A DNA stretch of 64,000 nucleotides from the NCBI GenBank assembly GCA_964653005.1, contig CAZZAN010000003.1, positions 142,592-206,591 on the forward strand. The letters run 5' to 3'. A model generated the notes under the pieces. It was not told where the DNA came from. It was given only the letters and a program-made list of their open reading frames with translations, and made no database searches. Positions 28,599 through 37,060 of the stretch are shown here, in pieces. Made by a program: the position numbers and the translations under genes. Source of the DNA: an uncultured Dehalococcoidia bacterium. GTDB taxonomy: Bacteria > Chloroflexota > Dehalococcoidia > UBA6926. Position 1 is the stretch's first letter. Each line of letters opens with the position of its first letter.

Positions 28599-29118
28599 CC
28601 GTGTGGACGGGATAGTCTCCCAAAAGCCCACGCCCCGAGAGCTCGGCCAGTTCAATAAGGACTGTCGCTCCGACCGTCACACCACCCGCCTTGTGAACAA
28701 GGCCTTCTGCCGCTTTCAATGTCCCACCGGTCGCGAGCAGATCATCCACCAAGACTGCGCGCTGTCCCGGCTGAATGCCATCCTCATGAATCTCAACTGT
28801 GGCTGATCCGTATTCCAACGCGTATTCGATGCTGACCGTCTTATAGGGAAGTTTGCCCACTTTGCGAACGGGGATAAGGGGCACGTCCAGAGCTCGCGCC
28901 ATTGGCGCGCCGAACAGGTAACCGCGCGCTTCCACGGCGACGATGACGTCAAGAGGCATGGTTCCGGCGGCCTGCGTCATCCTGTCGATGGCCCATGCGA
29001 ACGCTTCAGGATCAAGCAGGAGCGGTGTGATGTCGCGAAACAGGATTCCTTCTTCGGGAAAATCAGGAATCTCCCGAATGAGGTGCTCGTAGCTCGTTAC
29101 ACTTCCCGCGCTCGACAT
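28585..29118 (-). CDS. apt: adenine phosphoribosyltransferase
   Basis: 177 aa. PRPP-binding motif 'VLVDDLLATGGT'. Convergent 14-nt overlap with metF. Confidence 0.9.
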   Translation of the reverse strand: MSSAGSVTSYEHLIREIPDFPEEGILFRDITPLLLDPEAFAWAIDRMTQAAGTMPLDVIVAVEARGYLFGAPMARALDVPLIPVRKVGKLPYKTVSIEYALEYGSATVEIHEDGIQPGQRAVLVDDLLATGGTLKAAEGLVHKAGGVTVGATVLIELAELSGRGLLGDYPVHTVMHL

Positions 29119-29201
29119 GCTGCCGCCCCCTGACGCTCCCCCTGTGTATCATCCATCCTGTCACGTAGACGATATTTGGCACAAGGCATGTCGGGGGACT
29201 G

Positions 29202-30563
29202 ATGACGAATTCACAAGGCAGCACCACAACTGAGACGTGGGAATGTGTGGTGCTCGCAGCGGGCAAGGGATCACGGATGCGAACCACATTTCCGAAGGTT
29301 CTGCACCAGGTAGGCGGAGTGTCAATGATTCAACGAATCCTGGATGCGCTCGCCGAGACGGGTTCCACACAGCCTGTCATTGTGCGGGACCCGTCACCCG
29401 CTTTGCTGGAGGCCCTGGGTATCACGCATCGATTCGTTGTGCAGTCCCAGCCGGACGGCACCGGCGGCGCGCTCCGGGCAGCGCTGGCTGACAGCAACCT
29501 TGATTCAGGAAGTCTGCTCATTGTTAACGGTGACCTGCCATTGATTACTGCTGAATCCTTGGTGATTCTCAAGAAAGCTCATGAATCAAGCGGCAGCGCG
29601 GCTGTTACTTTTTTCACAATGTGGACATCGAATAGTGCGGGTTACGGACGAATTCTACGAAATACGGACGGAACGGTGGCGGAAATCATGGAGGCCGGCG
29701 ACCCGCGATATGAGGACGCACCGCCGGAGGGGAACGCAGGGGTTTATGCCCTCGACCTTGCGTGGGCGCGGACGGCGGTGGACCGCCTGCCCTTGCACGA
29801 GAACGGCGAGTATTACATCACGGGCCTGGTCAAGCTGGCGGTGGCAGACGGGCGGAGCGTGGAGACGCTGGAGATTAACTCCGAGGAGGCGATCGGGGTG
29901 AACACGTTGGTTGACCTGGCGGAGGCGGAGCGGGTGGCGCGTCGGCGGACGCTGGAGTCGCTGATGTTGTCCGGCGTCACGATCGTCGATCCGGCTTCGA
30001 CGTACATCGACGCGACGGTGCACATCGCGCCGGATACGGTCGTTCGACCCAATACGCATATCTCAGGCGCAACGGCAATCGGCGCGGAGTGTGAGATCGG
30101 GCCCGACACGCACATCGTCGATTCGGCGATTGGCGAGCGGTGTGTCGTGCGAGGGTCGTGGCTTGATGAGGTCACGCTGGAGGACGGCGTTTCCGTGGGG
30201 CCATTCGCGCGGCTGCGGCCGGGGACACATATCGGGTCGGACGCGCATATTGGCAGCTTTGGCGAGGTCAAGGCGAGTCGGATCGGCAGTCGGACGGCGA
30301 TGGGCCATTTCGGGTACGTGGGCGACGCCGAAATCGGGGAGGACGTGAACATCGGCGCTGGCGCGGTGACGTGCAATTTCGACGGCCAGGACAAGCATCG
30401 GACGGTCGTTGGGGACGGCGTGTTCATCGGGAGCGGTTCCATGTTGGTTGCGCCAGTGGAGATTGGGGGCAAGGCTTATACGGCGGCGGGCTCCGTCGTA
30501 ACGCGCAACGTGGCGGAGGGCACGACGGTTGCCGGCGTCCCGGCGGAGGCGCTCAGGCGGTGA
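29202..30563 (+). CDS. glmU: bifunctional UDP-N-acetylglucosamine pyrophosphorylase / glucosamine-1-phosphate N-acetyltransferase
   Basis: N-terminal 'VVLAAGKGSRM' nucleotidyltransferase motif and C-terminal hexapeptide (LbH) repeats. GGGGGA SD. Confidence 0.9.
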   Translation: MTNSQGSTTTETWECVVLAAGKGSRMRTTFPKVLHQVGGVSMIQRILDALAETGSTQPVIVRDPSPALLEALGITHRFVVQSQPDGTGGALRAALADSNLDSGSLLIVNGDLPLITAESLVILKKAHESSGSAAVTFFTMWTSNSAGYGRILRNTDGTVAEIMEAGDPRYEDAPPEGNAGVYALDLAWARTAVDRLPLHENGEYYITGLVKLAVADGRSVETLEINSEEAIGVNTLVDLAEAERVARRRTLESLMLSGVTIVDPASTYIDATVHIAPDTVVRPNTHISGATAIGAECEIGPDTHIVDSAIGERCVVRGSWLDEVTLEDGVSVGPFARLRPGTHIGSDAHIGSFGEVKASRIGSRTAMGHFGYVGDAEIGEDVNIGAGAVTCNFDGQDKHRTVVGDGVFIGSGSMLVAPVEIGGKAYTAAGSVVTRNVAEGTTVAGVPAEALRR

Positions 30564-30672
30564 GGTGGCGGGGTAACTCTTCGACTGCACTTAGGGTGAA
30601 CGGGACAATTTAGGTTTTCGGTTCCTCGACTGCGCTCGGAATGACATGAAGCGGCGCTACACGCCGCACTGG

Positions 30673-30731
30673 ATTCCCGTTTTCACGGGAATGACGAGGG
30701 AGTGACCCTTCGACAGGCTCAGGGCGAACGG
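30673..30731. repeat. composite intergenic repeat: ATTCCCGTTTTCACGGGAAT hairpin + GACGAGGGAGTGACCCTTCGACAGGCTCAGGGCGAACGG
   Basis: Most complete copy of the family. It lies immediately after the uppP stop, between glmU and uppP. Degenerate partial copies at 30577..30650. Confidence 0.75.
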
Positions 30732-30732
30732 A

Positions 30733-31524
30733 TTATGCCAAGAGGCCGATCAGGGCACCGAGGGTCACGACGATTCCGGCGGCGGCGGCGAATCGCGCGA
30801 GGGTGACTCGGCTCGCCCATGCGAGGATGGCACGGATGGCGACGGTTCCAACGATTGCTGCTGTTATCAGCGCCACGATAGCAGTCCAGCCGCCGATTAT
30901 GTCGGATGTGCTGACGGCCAGCAGGCCCGCGCCGATGCTCGCCGGTATACCCATAAGGACGCTGAGAACGACGGCCTCGCGGTGACTGCAATCTCGCGCG
31001 AGCAGTACTGCGACGGTCAGCCCTGTGCGGCTGAGGCCCGGTACAACGGCCAGCGCTTGGGCGACACCGGCGATGACTGCGTCCGCAGGGGTGACATCAT
31101 CCCTGCCCCGTTCGCCCTCCCACAGCCCACAACGGATGGTGAACGCGATGGCGATCATGGCGAGGCCGATGAGCAACATCGCGGCGCTTCCCAGCAGGTT
31201 CGCGATCTCGCCCAGGATCAGAAAGAGTGGCACGCCGAGGATCGCAGTGACGAGTGTGCTGAGACCGAGGAATCTGATGGGGGCGGAGAGGTGGCGCGGC
31301 GCGCCTGCTGACTCACGGATCATCGATGTGATCTCGCCTCTCATGGCTATAGCTGCGGACAGGGCCGTTCCGACGTGGAGCCACAGGGCGATGGCGATGG
31401 CGTCCGAGGGCGAGGCGTCGTCAATCCACGTGGACACGAGGGCGATGACGCCCTGCGAGCTGACGGGAATCCACTCGGTGATTCCCTGGATGATGCCAAG
31501 CAGCAAGGCGGACAGTTCGGACAC
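30733..31524 (-). CDS. uppP: undecaprenyl-diphosphatase (BacA/UppP)
   Basis: 'GITEWIPVSSQG' motif. Eight TM helices. Confidence 0.85.
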   Translation of the reverse strand: MSELSALLLGIIQGITEWIPVSSQGVIALVSTWIDDASPSDAIAIALWLHVGTALSAAIAMRGEITSMIRESAGAPRHLSAPIRFLGLSTLVTAILGVPLFLILGEIANLLGSAAMLLIGLAMIAIAFTIRCGLWEGERGRDDVTPADAVIAGVAQALAVVPGLSRTGLTVAVLLARDCSHREAVVLSVLMGIPASIGAGLLAVSTSDIIGGWTAIVALITAAIVGTVAIRAILAWASRVTLARFAAAAGIVVTLGALIGLLA

Positions 31525-31581
31525 GTGGACCCCCTAGTGTGTTGATTGTAGGGGGGTGGGGGTTCAGGCGGGGTATGATTT

Positions 31582-31684
31582 GGGGGAGTGGCCCTTCGAC
31601 AGGCTCAGGGTGAACGGAAAGAGCGCTCAGGGTAAGCGGGAGCGAAACTGAGGAGAACGGAAGGGGTGCTCAGGGTGAACGGGA
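31582..31684. repeat. repeat-family copy followed by a phased array of about four CTCAGGGTRARCGG-like units (~22-bp spacing)
   Basis: GGGGGAGTGGCCCTTCGACAGGCTCAGGGTGAACGG, then GCTCAGGGTAAGCGG, CTGAGGAGAACGG, CTCAGGGTGAACGG. Located between the uppP start and the glmS start. Confidence 0.7.
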
Positions 31685-31709
31685 CGGGGATCTACGGGAT
31701 TATTGAGTG

Positions 31710-33554
31710 ATGTGCGGGATTATGGGGTATACGGGGCATCGGCAGGCGATGCCGATTGTGCTTGATGGGCTGTCTCGCATCGAGTACCGAGGGTATGACA
31801 GCGCGGGCATCGCGATCCTCGGCCCGTCCGGCGTGTTTGGGACGAACAAGGCCGTCGGGAAGCTGGATGCCCTGCGCGCCGATCTCGAGGGGGCTTTCGT
31901 CTCAGGGTCGTTGGGGCTCGGGCATACACGATGGGCGACGCACGGCGCGCCCTCCCTGGCCAACGCTCATCCGCACATGGATTGCACGGGCCGGGTATCC
32001 GTGGTGCAGAACGGGATCGTCGAGAATTACAGCGCGCTCGCGGCGCAGTTGGTTTCGCGCGGGCACCGGTTCATGTCACAGACGGACACGGAGGTGCTGC
32101 CGCACCTAATCGAAGAGGCGCTCGATCGCGGTCTCGATCCTGTCGATGCGGTGAAGTCGATCATGCCGGACATGCACGGGGCGCTGGTGTTCCTGGTGGC
32201 GTGCGCGCAGGAGCCGGAGACACTGATCGCGGTTCGGGCTGGCAACGCCGGGGGGCTGGTGGTCGGCGTGGGCGACGGCGAGACGTACGCCGCAAGCGAC
32301 CTCCCTGCCCTTGTACCGCTCACACGTCGGGCGATGCCACTGAACAATGGCGAGATTGCGGTGCTGCGGCCGGGCGGCGTAGAGGTTTCAACGCTGGACG
32401 GAGAGCCGGTGACGCGGGAGTTCACGGAGGTGACGCGCGACCCGCTGCGGGCGGCGAAGGGAATGTACAAGCACTTCATGCTGAAGGAGATCATGGAGCA
32501 GCCGCAGGCGCTAACGGACGCGCTGCGGGGGCGGGTTGATTTAGAGTCGGGGCGGCTGGAGCCGGATTACGGGGCCGGGCTGTCCGAGCGGCTGGCAAAG
32601 GCTCGCCGAATCATCCTGACGGGGTGCGGCTCAAGCTATCACGCGGCGCTTGTGGGGCGGCACTATTTCGAGACGCTGGCCGGCGTGCCGGTGGAGGCGG
32701 AGGTGGCGTCCGAGCTGCGGCATCGGAATGCGCCTATCGGAAAGGGTGACCTTCTTATCGCCATCACGCAGTCAGGGGAGACGCTGGATACGCTCGCGGC
32801 GCTTGAACACGCATCCGGCCTTGGCGCGGACTGCGTGGCGGTGACGAATGCGCTGGACAGCGAGGCAGCACGCATCGCGTGCGAGACCATGGACATGCGA
32901 TCCGGGCTCGAGGTGGGGGTTGCGGCGACGAAGAGTTTTACGTCGGCGATCATCTGCCTGTATCTGCTGGCGATCGACGCAGCGGCGGGTCGGGGGGCGA
33001 TGGACGAGGATGAAGTGAGTCGTCACCTGCTGGACCTGGAGCGGCTGCCGGGCATCGTGAGCGAGTCGCTGGAGCGACGGGACGCGATTCGGGCCGTGGC
33101 GGAGCAGCTGACGGCCAATGATAACTGCCTGCTGCTGGCACGCGGGCCGCTGTACCCCATCGCGCTGGAGGGGGCGCTGAAGCTCAAAGAAGTGGCATAT
33201 ATCCACGCGGAGGGCAGCGCGGGGGGCGAGATGAAGCACGGGCCCATCGCGCTGATCGATCAGTCGATGCCGACGATTGCGCTTGCACCGGAGGGGGGCT
33301 TGCGGGATCGGATGGCGATCAATATCTCTGAGATCAAGGCGCGGGCGGGGCACGTTATCGGGCTGCTGTCAGACGGAGACGATGAGCTTGGCGGGCAGGT
33401 TGATGAGGCGATCTTCGTGCCGGAAACGCCCGCTCACCTGGTTCCGATTGCGGCGACGGCGCCGCTGCAGATGCTGGCGTACGAGATTGGGCTGCTGCGG
33501 GGGGCAGACATCGACCAGCCGCGCAACCTGGCGAAGTCCGTCACCGTAGAATAG
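31710..33554 (+). CDS. glmS: glutamine--fructose-6-phosphate aminotransferase (isomerizing)
   Basis: Begins MCGIMGY (Cys1 nucleophile) and ends ...KSVTVE. Two SIS domains. Confidence 0.95.
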   Translation: MCGIMGYTGHRQAMPIVLDGLSRIEYRGYDSAGIAILGPSGVFGTNKAVGKLDALRADLEGAFVSGSLGLGHTRWATHGAPSLANAHPHMDCTGRVSVVQNGIVENYSALAAQLVSRGHRFMSQTDTEVLPHLIEEALDRGLDPVDAVKSIMPDMHGALVFLVACAQEPETLIAVRAGNAGGLVVGVGDGETYAASDLPALVPLTRRAMPLNNGEIAVLRPGGVEVSTLDGEPVTREFTEVTRDPLRAAKGMYKHFMLKEIMEQPQALTDALRGRVDLESGRLEPDYGAGLSERLAKARRIILTGCGSSYHAALVGRHYFETLAGVPVEAEVASELRHRNAPIGKGDLLIAITQSGETLDTLAALEHASGLGADCVAVTNALDSEAARIACETMDMRSGLEVGVAATKSFTSAIICLYLLAIDAAAGRGAMDEDEVSRHLLDLERLPGIVSESLERRDAIRAVAEQLTANDNCLLLARGPLYPIALEGALKLKEVAYIHAEGSAGGEMKHGPIALIDQSMPTIALAPEGGLRDRMAINISEIKARAGHVIGLLSDGDDELGGQVDEAIFVPETPAHLVPIAATAPLQMLAYEIGLLRGADIDQPRNLAKSVTVE

Positions 33555-33627
33555 CGGGCGCGCATCCCGCCCGCCCCGCTGGTAGACATTAGTCAAATTG
33601 TCTGTACAATATAGCTGTGGAGTATGA

Positions 33628-33876
33628 ATGGGATGCGGCGAAAATGCCGCTAACATCCTGGCGGGTCGTCCGGGTTTCGAGGTAATTGAAAGTTTTGAAT
33701 GGGAGACAGCGGTGATTAGGTCCAGCGATCGGCACGGTGAGTCTCGCTGGGTCGCTGTCGGATATATCGGAAACCGCCTGTACCACCTGGTCTACACCAT
33801 GCGAAGTGAGAGGGTACGCGTGATAAGCCTGCGACGGGCGAGTAAGCAGGAGGAGAGAGATTATGCCGAGGCTTAA
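33628..33876 (+). CDS. brnT: BrnT-family (DUF497) toxin, atypical/short N-terminus
   Basis: C-terminal 'RVRVISLRRASKQEERDY' matches the BrnT R-I-I-S-A-R-K-A-x-x-E-x-x-x-Y tail. An 'FEWE' motif is present. Overlaps the brnA start by 14 nt. Local GC is lower. Confidence 0.6.
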   Translation: MGCGENAANILAGRPGFEVIESFEWETAVIRSSDRHGESRWVAVGYIGNRLYHLVYTMRSERVRVISLRRASKQEERDYAEA

Positions 33877-34171
33877 GCCGGAGCACATCAACATCACGGA
33901 CGAAGAAGAGGCGGAGATTCAGCGGCATATCGCCGAGGATCCGGACGCGCCGGAATGGACGGCTGAGGACTGGGCGAACGCCCGCCCTGCCATTGAGGTT
34001 CACCCTGAGTTAGTGGAGTGGTCGCTTCGCAGGCGCGGCAAGCAGAAGGCCCCGACAAAGGAAAAGGTCACCGTGCGGCTGGACTCGGACATCGTTGCCC
34101 ATTTTCGAGAGGGTGGAAAGGGCTGGCAAACGCGCCTTAACGACGCCTTGCGCCGGGTCATCAATTCATAA
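33863..34171 (+). CDS. brnA: BrnA-family antitoxin (ribbon-helix-helix, COG3514-like)
   Basis: C-terminal 'KEKVTVRLDSDIVAHFREGGKGWQTRLNDALRRVI' matches the BrnA consensus. Confidence 0.65.
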   Translation: MPRLKPEHINITDEEEAEIQRHIAEDPDAPEWTAEDWANARPAIEVHPELVEWSLRRRGKQKAPTKEKVTVRLDSDIVAHFREGGKGWQTRLNDALRRVINS

Positions 34172-34179
34172 GTGGTTGG

Positions 34180-34254
34180 TGGAGCGGGGGACGGGAATTG
34201 AACCCGCGACAACCTGCTTGGAAGGCAGGAGCTCTACCACTGAGCTACCCCCGC
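34180..34254 (-). tRNA. tRNA-Gly (anticodon UCC)
   Basis: RC reads GCGGGGGTAGCTCAGTGGTAGAGCTCCTGCCTTCCAAGCAGGTTGTCGCGGGTTCAATTCCCGTCCCCCGCTCCA. Anticodon loop CUUCCAA. Confidence 0.85.
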
Positions 34255-34420
34255 CCGCTCCAGTCTGCTTACCAGCTTAGCGTGCTTATTGCGATCTAGA
34301 TTCCCGCCTTCGCGGGAATGACGGAGGGGCGGTTACCCTCGCCCGCTCCGGTCTGCTTACCAGCTTAGCGTGCTTATTGCGATCTAGATTCCCGCCTTCG
34401 CGGGAATGACGGAGGGGCGG
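34253..34420. repeat. two tandem ~80-bp direct repeats (88-bp period), each ending in the GATCTAGATTCCCGCCTTCGCGGGAATGACGGAGGGGCGG hairpin module
   Basis: Copy 1 is 34253..34331 and copy 2 is 34341..34420, with one mismatch (ccAgtctg versus ccGgtctg). They abut the 5' end of tRNA-Gly and lie downstream of the first crotonase gene. Confidence 0.8.
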
Positions 34421-35302
34421 CTACTCTCTGACCCGGGAACGGGGACCGAAGGGTTCGGGCTGGAAGGGGCCGTCGCGGAGTTGGAGGAATGCTCGCAGGC
34501 CGCCCTCTTTTTGGGCCTCCATCATTTCGCGCTTGAAGTCTTCACGCTGTGAACTCTGGACGTGGGCTGACAGCTCATCGTTCAGGATCAGTGCGTTGCG
34601 GAGTCCCATCATCTCAAGGCCCATGGTGGCGACATAGAGATTGATCTTGACCGTCTCCGGTGAGACGAGGGCGATGCGTTCCACGACGCGGAAGCAATGC
34701 TCGAGCAGGTCGTCACCGGGAACAACATCGTTCACCAGGCCGATGCGGAGGGCTTCCTGGGCGTCGATGTGGTCGCCTGTGAGGCCGTAGCGTAGGGCGT
34801 GCTTGTAGCCGGCGTTGAGCGTCCAGAAGAAGTTAGTGTTGGAGATCATGCGGATCTCAGGCTGGGCGAAGACTGCCTCCTCAGCGGCGTAGGTCATGTG
34901 GGAGGCGAGGGCGTACCAGGAGCCTCCGCCCATGCACCAGCCGTTGACGGCGGCGATGACGGGCTTGGTGAGTTCCCAGATTTGGAGGAGTTTTTCCGTT
35001 TCACCACGGGAGCGGTCGCGCCAATCATCGAGGACGGCGGCGACACTCGTGTTCTCCGGCAGGCCATAGGGCCAGACTGTTTCGCCGCGGCCTGCGCCGA
35101 TGTCGTAACCGGAGGAGAAGGCGCGGCCTGCGCCTGTGAGCACGATGGCGCGCACCTCGGGGTCGTTTTCGGCCTCAGTCAACGCTTCGGAGACATCGTG
35201 CTCCAATTGGCGGCTGATTGCGTTTAGTGTTTCAGGGCGGTTCAGCGTGATCAGGACGCCGTTACGCTGTTTCTCGTAAAGGACGGTTTCATAGTTGGCC
35301 AT
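34421..35302 (-). CDS. enoyl-CoA hydratase/isomerase (crotonase-fold) family protein, paralog 1
   Basis: 293 aa starting MANYETVLYEKQRNGVLITLNRPETLNAIS. Oxyanion-hole-like 'AFSSGYD' and 'VNGWCMGGGSWYA'. Conserved tail RDGPFQPEPFGPRS. Confidence 0.75.
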   Translation of the reverse strand: MANYETVLYEKQRNGVLITLNRPETLNAISRQLEHDVSEALTEAENDPEVRAIVLTGAGRAFSSGYDIGAGRGETVWPYGLPENTSVAAVLDDWRDRSRGETEKLLQIWELTKPVIAAVNGWCMGGGSWYALASHMTYAAEEAVFAQPEIRMISNTNFFWTLNAGYKHALRYGLTGDHIDAQEALRIGLVNDVVPGDDLLEHCFRVVERIALVSPETVKINLYVATMGLEMMGLRNALILNDELSAHVQSSQREDFKREMMEAQKEGGLRAFLQLRDGPFQPEPFGPRSRVRE

Positions 35303-35350
35303 GGGTTCGCTCGCTTTCTGTTACGAGATTGTTGTGAACATGGTAGCAAA

Positions 35351-35396
35351 GGGAGGCGAGGGACGGGCGACCCTTCGACAGGCTCAGGGCGAGCGG
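35351..35396. repeat. partial copy of the composite repeat (GGAGGCGAGGGACGGGCGACCCTTCGACAGGCTCAGGGCGAGCGGG)
   Basis: Lacks the hairpin half. It lies between crotonase paralog 1 and the isochorismatase-family gene. Confidence 0.65.
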
Positions 35397-36055
35397 GGGT
35401 GGGTAGCAAGGGCGAGGGCTTCGATGATTTCTCCGGTGGCGGCTGTGCCGCCGAGGATGAGATCAACGATGCGAAGCGTTGGGGCCTGGAGGTCCGGCGC
35501 CCATGAGGCGGTTCCGTCTGAGGCGACGATGACATCAAGGTCTCGGACGTTCGCATCGAAGGCGGTGTGGAGGACGCAGGCGTAGGTGATCGTGCCCGCG
35601 AGGATGACGGTGCGGATACCGCGGCGGCGCAGTGCGGTTTCAAGGTCGGTACCAAAGAATGCGGAGAAGCTGCGCTTGGTGACGACGTATTCGTCATCTT
35701 GCGGCGCAAGGGCATCGTGTATCTCTGATCCCCATGTGTCGGGCATCAGGGCGGGGCCGCCGGGGGCATCGGCCACCGCGCCAAAGGTCTGAGCCACGAC
35801 GCTGTGGATGAGGTCGACGGCATCAGGGGAGTCATCACGTTCGATGCGGGTGTGGACAATGAAGAGGCCGGCGGCGCGGGCTGCCTCAAGGAGCGACTGC
35901 ATAGGCGGGATGCCATCAATCACGAGCTGGGGATCAAGTCCCAGCGGCTCAATGCGCTCCGCCGCCTTCGCGTAGAAGCCGTCCGCGTGGCAGAAGTCGT
36001 TCTGCATATCCACGACGATGAGGGCGGTGGTCTTGGGGTCAATGGAGAGGTTCAT
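35384..36055 (-). CDS. isochorismatase-family cysteine hydrolase
   Basis: 'TALIVVDMQNDF' N-terminal motif. Lys/Cys catalytic context 'VILAGTITYACV'. 223 aa. Confidence 0.75.
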   Translation of the reverse strand: MNLSIDPKTTALIVVDMQNDFCHADGFYAKAAERIEPLGLDPQLVIDGIPPMQSLLEAARAAGLFIVHTRIERDDSPDAVDLIHSVVAQTFGAVADAPGGPALMPDTWGSEIHDALAPQDDEYVVTKRSFSAFFGTDLETALRRRGIRTVILAGTITYACVLHTAFDANVRDLDVIVASDGTASWAPDLQAPTLRIVDLILGGTAATGEIIEALALATHPRSP

Positions 36056-36125
36056 GGTTTATGTGTAGAGGTAGGGGCGGCCAGTTGGCCGCCCCTACCC
36101 TGTTCACCGTATTGGCGCTTCAGCG

Positions 36126-37007
36126 TTAGTTGCCGCGTGCGGCGGCGGAGCGTGGACCGAAGGGCTCCGGCTGGAATGGGCCATCACGCTGCTGGAGGAA
36201 GCCGCGCATGCCACCAGCCTCACGCGCCTCCTCGAGGGGACGCAGGACGTCCTCCCGGCGGGAGGAGTGGGCCAGAGCGGAGAGTTCGCCGTTCAGGATC
36301 AGCGCGTTGCGGAGACCCATCATCTCAAGGCCCATCGTCGCGACGTACAGGTTGATCTTGACCGTCTCCGGGGAGACGAGGGCGATACGCTCGCCAACCT
36401 TGAAGCACTCTTCGATTAGATCGTCAGCAGGCAGCACCTGGTTGACGATGCCGATCCGCAGCGCCTCTTCGGCGTCGATGTGGTCACCGGTGAGGCCGTA
36501 GCGCAGCGCGTGCTTGTAGCCCGCGTTGAGGGTCCAGATGAAGCTGGTGTTGGAGATCATGCGGACCTCGGGCTGCGAGAAGACGGCGGCCTCGGAGGCG
36601 TAGGTCATGTGCGAGAACAGGGCGTACCAGGAGCCGCCGCCCATGCACCAGCCGTTGACAGCGGCGATGATAGGCTTGGTGAGTTCCCACATGTGCATGA
36701 ATCGATCCGGCTTGTCGCGTGTGCGCCAGCCGTCCAGCATTTCGGCGACGCTTGTGCCCTCCGGCAGGCCATAGGGCCAGACGGTTGGGGCGCGGCCACC
36801 GGCGATGTCATAGCCGGCAGAGAAGGCACGGCCTGCACCGGTCAGGATGATGTAGCGGACTTCAGGATCCGCCTCTGCCTCGTCCAGCGCGACGTGCAGT
36901 TCATCCTCAAGGTCGCGGCTGAGGGCGTTCAGCGCCTCAGGGCGGTTAAGGGTGATGAGGACGCCCTTGCGCTGCTTGTCATACAGGATATTTTCGTAGC
37001 TGCCCAC
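36126..37007 (-). CDS. crotonase-fold family protein, paralog 2
   Basis: 293 aa. About 70% identical to paralog 1 by eye. Same motifs and C-terminal tail. Confidence 0.75.
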   Translation of the reverse strand: MGSYENILYDKQRKGVLITLNRPEALNALSRDLEDELHVALDEAEADPEVRYIILTGAGRAFSAGYDIAGGRAPTVWPYGLPEGTSVAEMLDGWRTRDKPDRFMHMWELTKPIIAAVNGWCMGGGSWYALFSHMTYASEAAVFSQPEVRMISNTSFIWTLNAGYKHALRYGLTGDHIDAEEALRIGIVNQVLPADDLIEECFKVGERIALVSPETVKINLYVATMGLEMMGLRNALILNGELSALAHSSRREDVLRPLEEAREAGGMRGFLQQRDGPFQPEPFGPRSAAARGN

Positions 37008-37060
37008 TTTCTTTTCCTTTCTTCTCTTCTGCTCTGTCTTCTTGGAATGACGTGTTGGGG

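Noticed and set aside
31525-31709. Looked for a glmS ribozyme upstream of glmS
   Set aside because: The region contains only the CTCAGGGTGAACGG-type repeat units. No sequence resembling the conserved glmS ribozyme core or pseudoknot could be aligned by eye.
34170-34260. Integrative element at tRNA-Gly
   Set aside because: No integrase, excisionase or phage genes are present on either side. The repeats abut the tRNA 5' end rather than overlapping its 3' end. Kept only as a low-confidence remnant hypothesis.
34253-34420. Considered the two direct repeats as a mini CRISPR array
   Set aside because: There are only two copies. The 'spacer' is 9 bp. The repeat shares its terminal hairpin with dispersed intergenic repeats. 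No cas genes are present.
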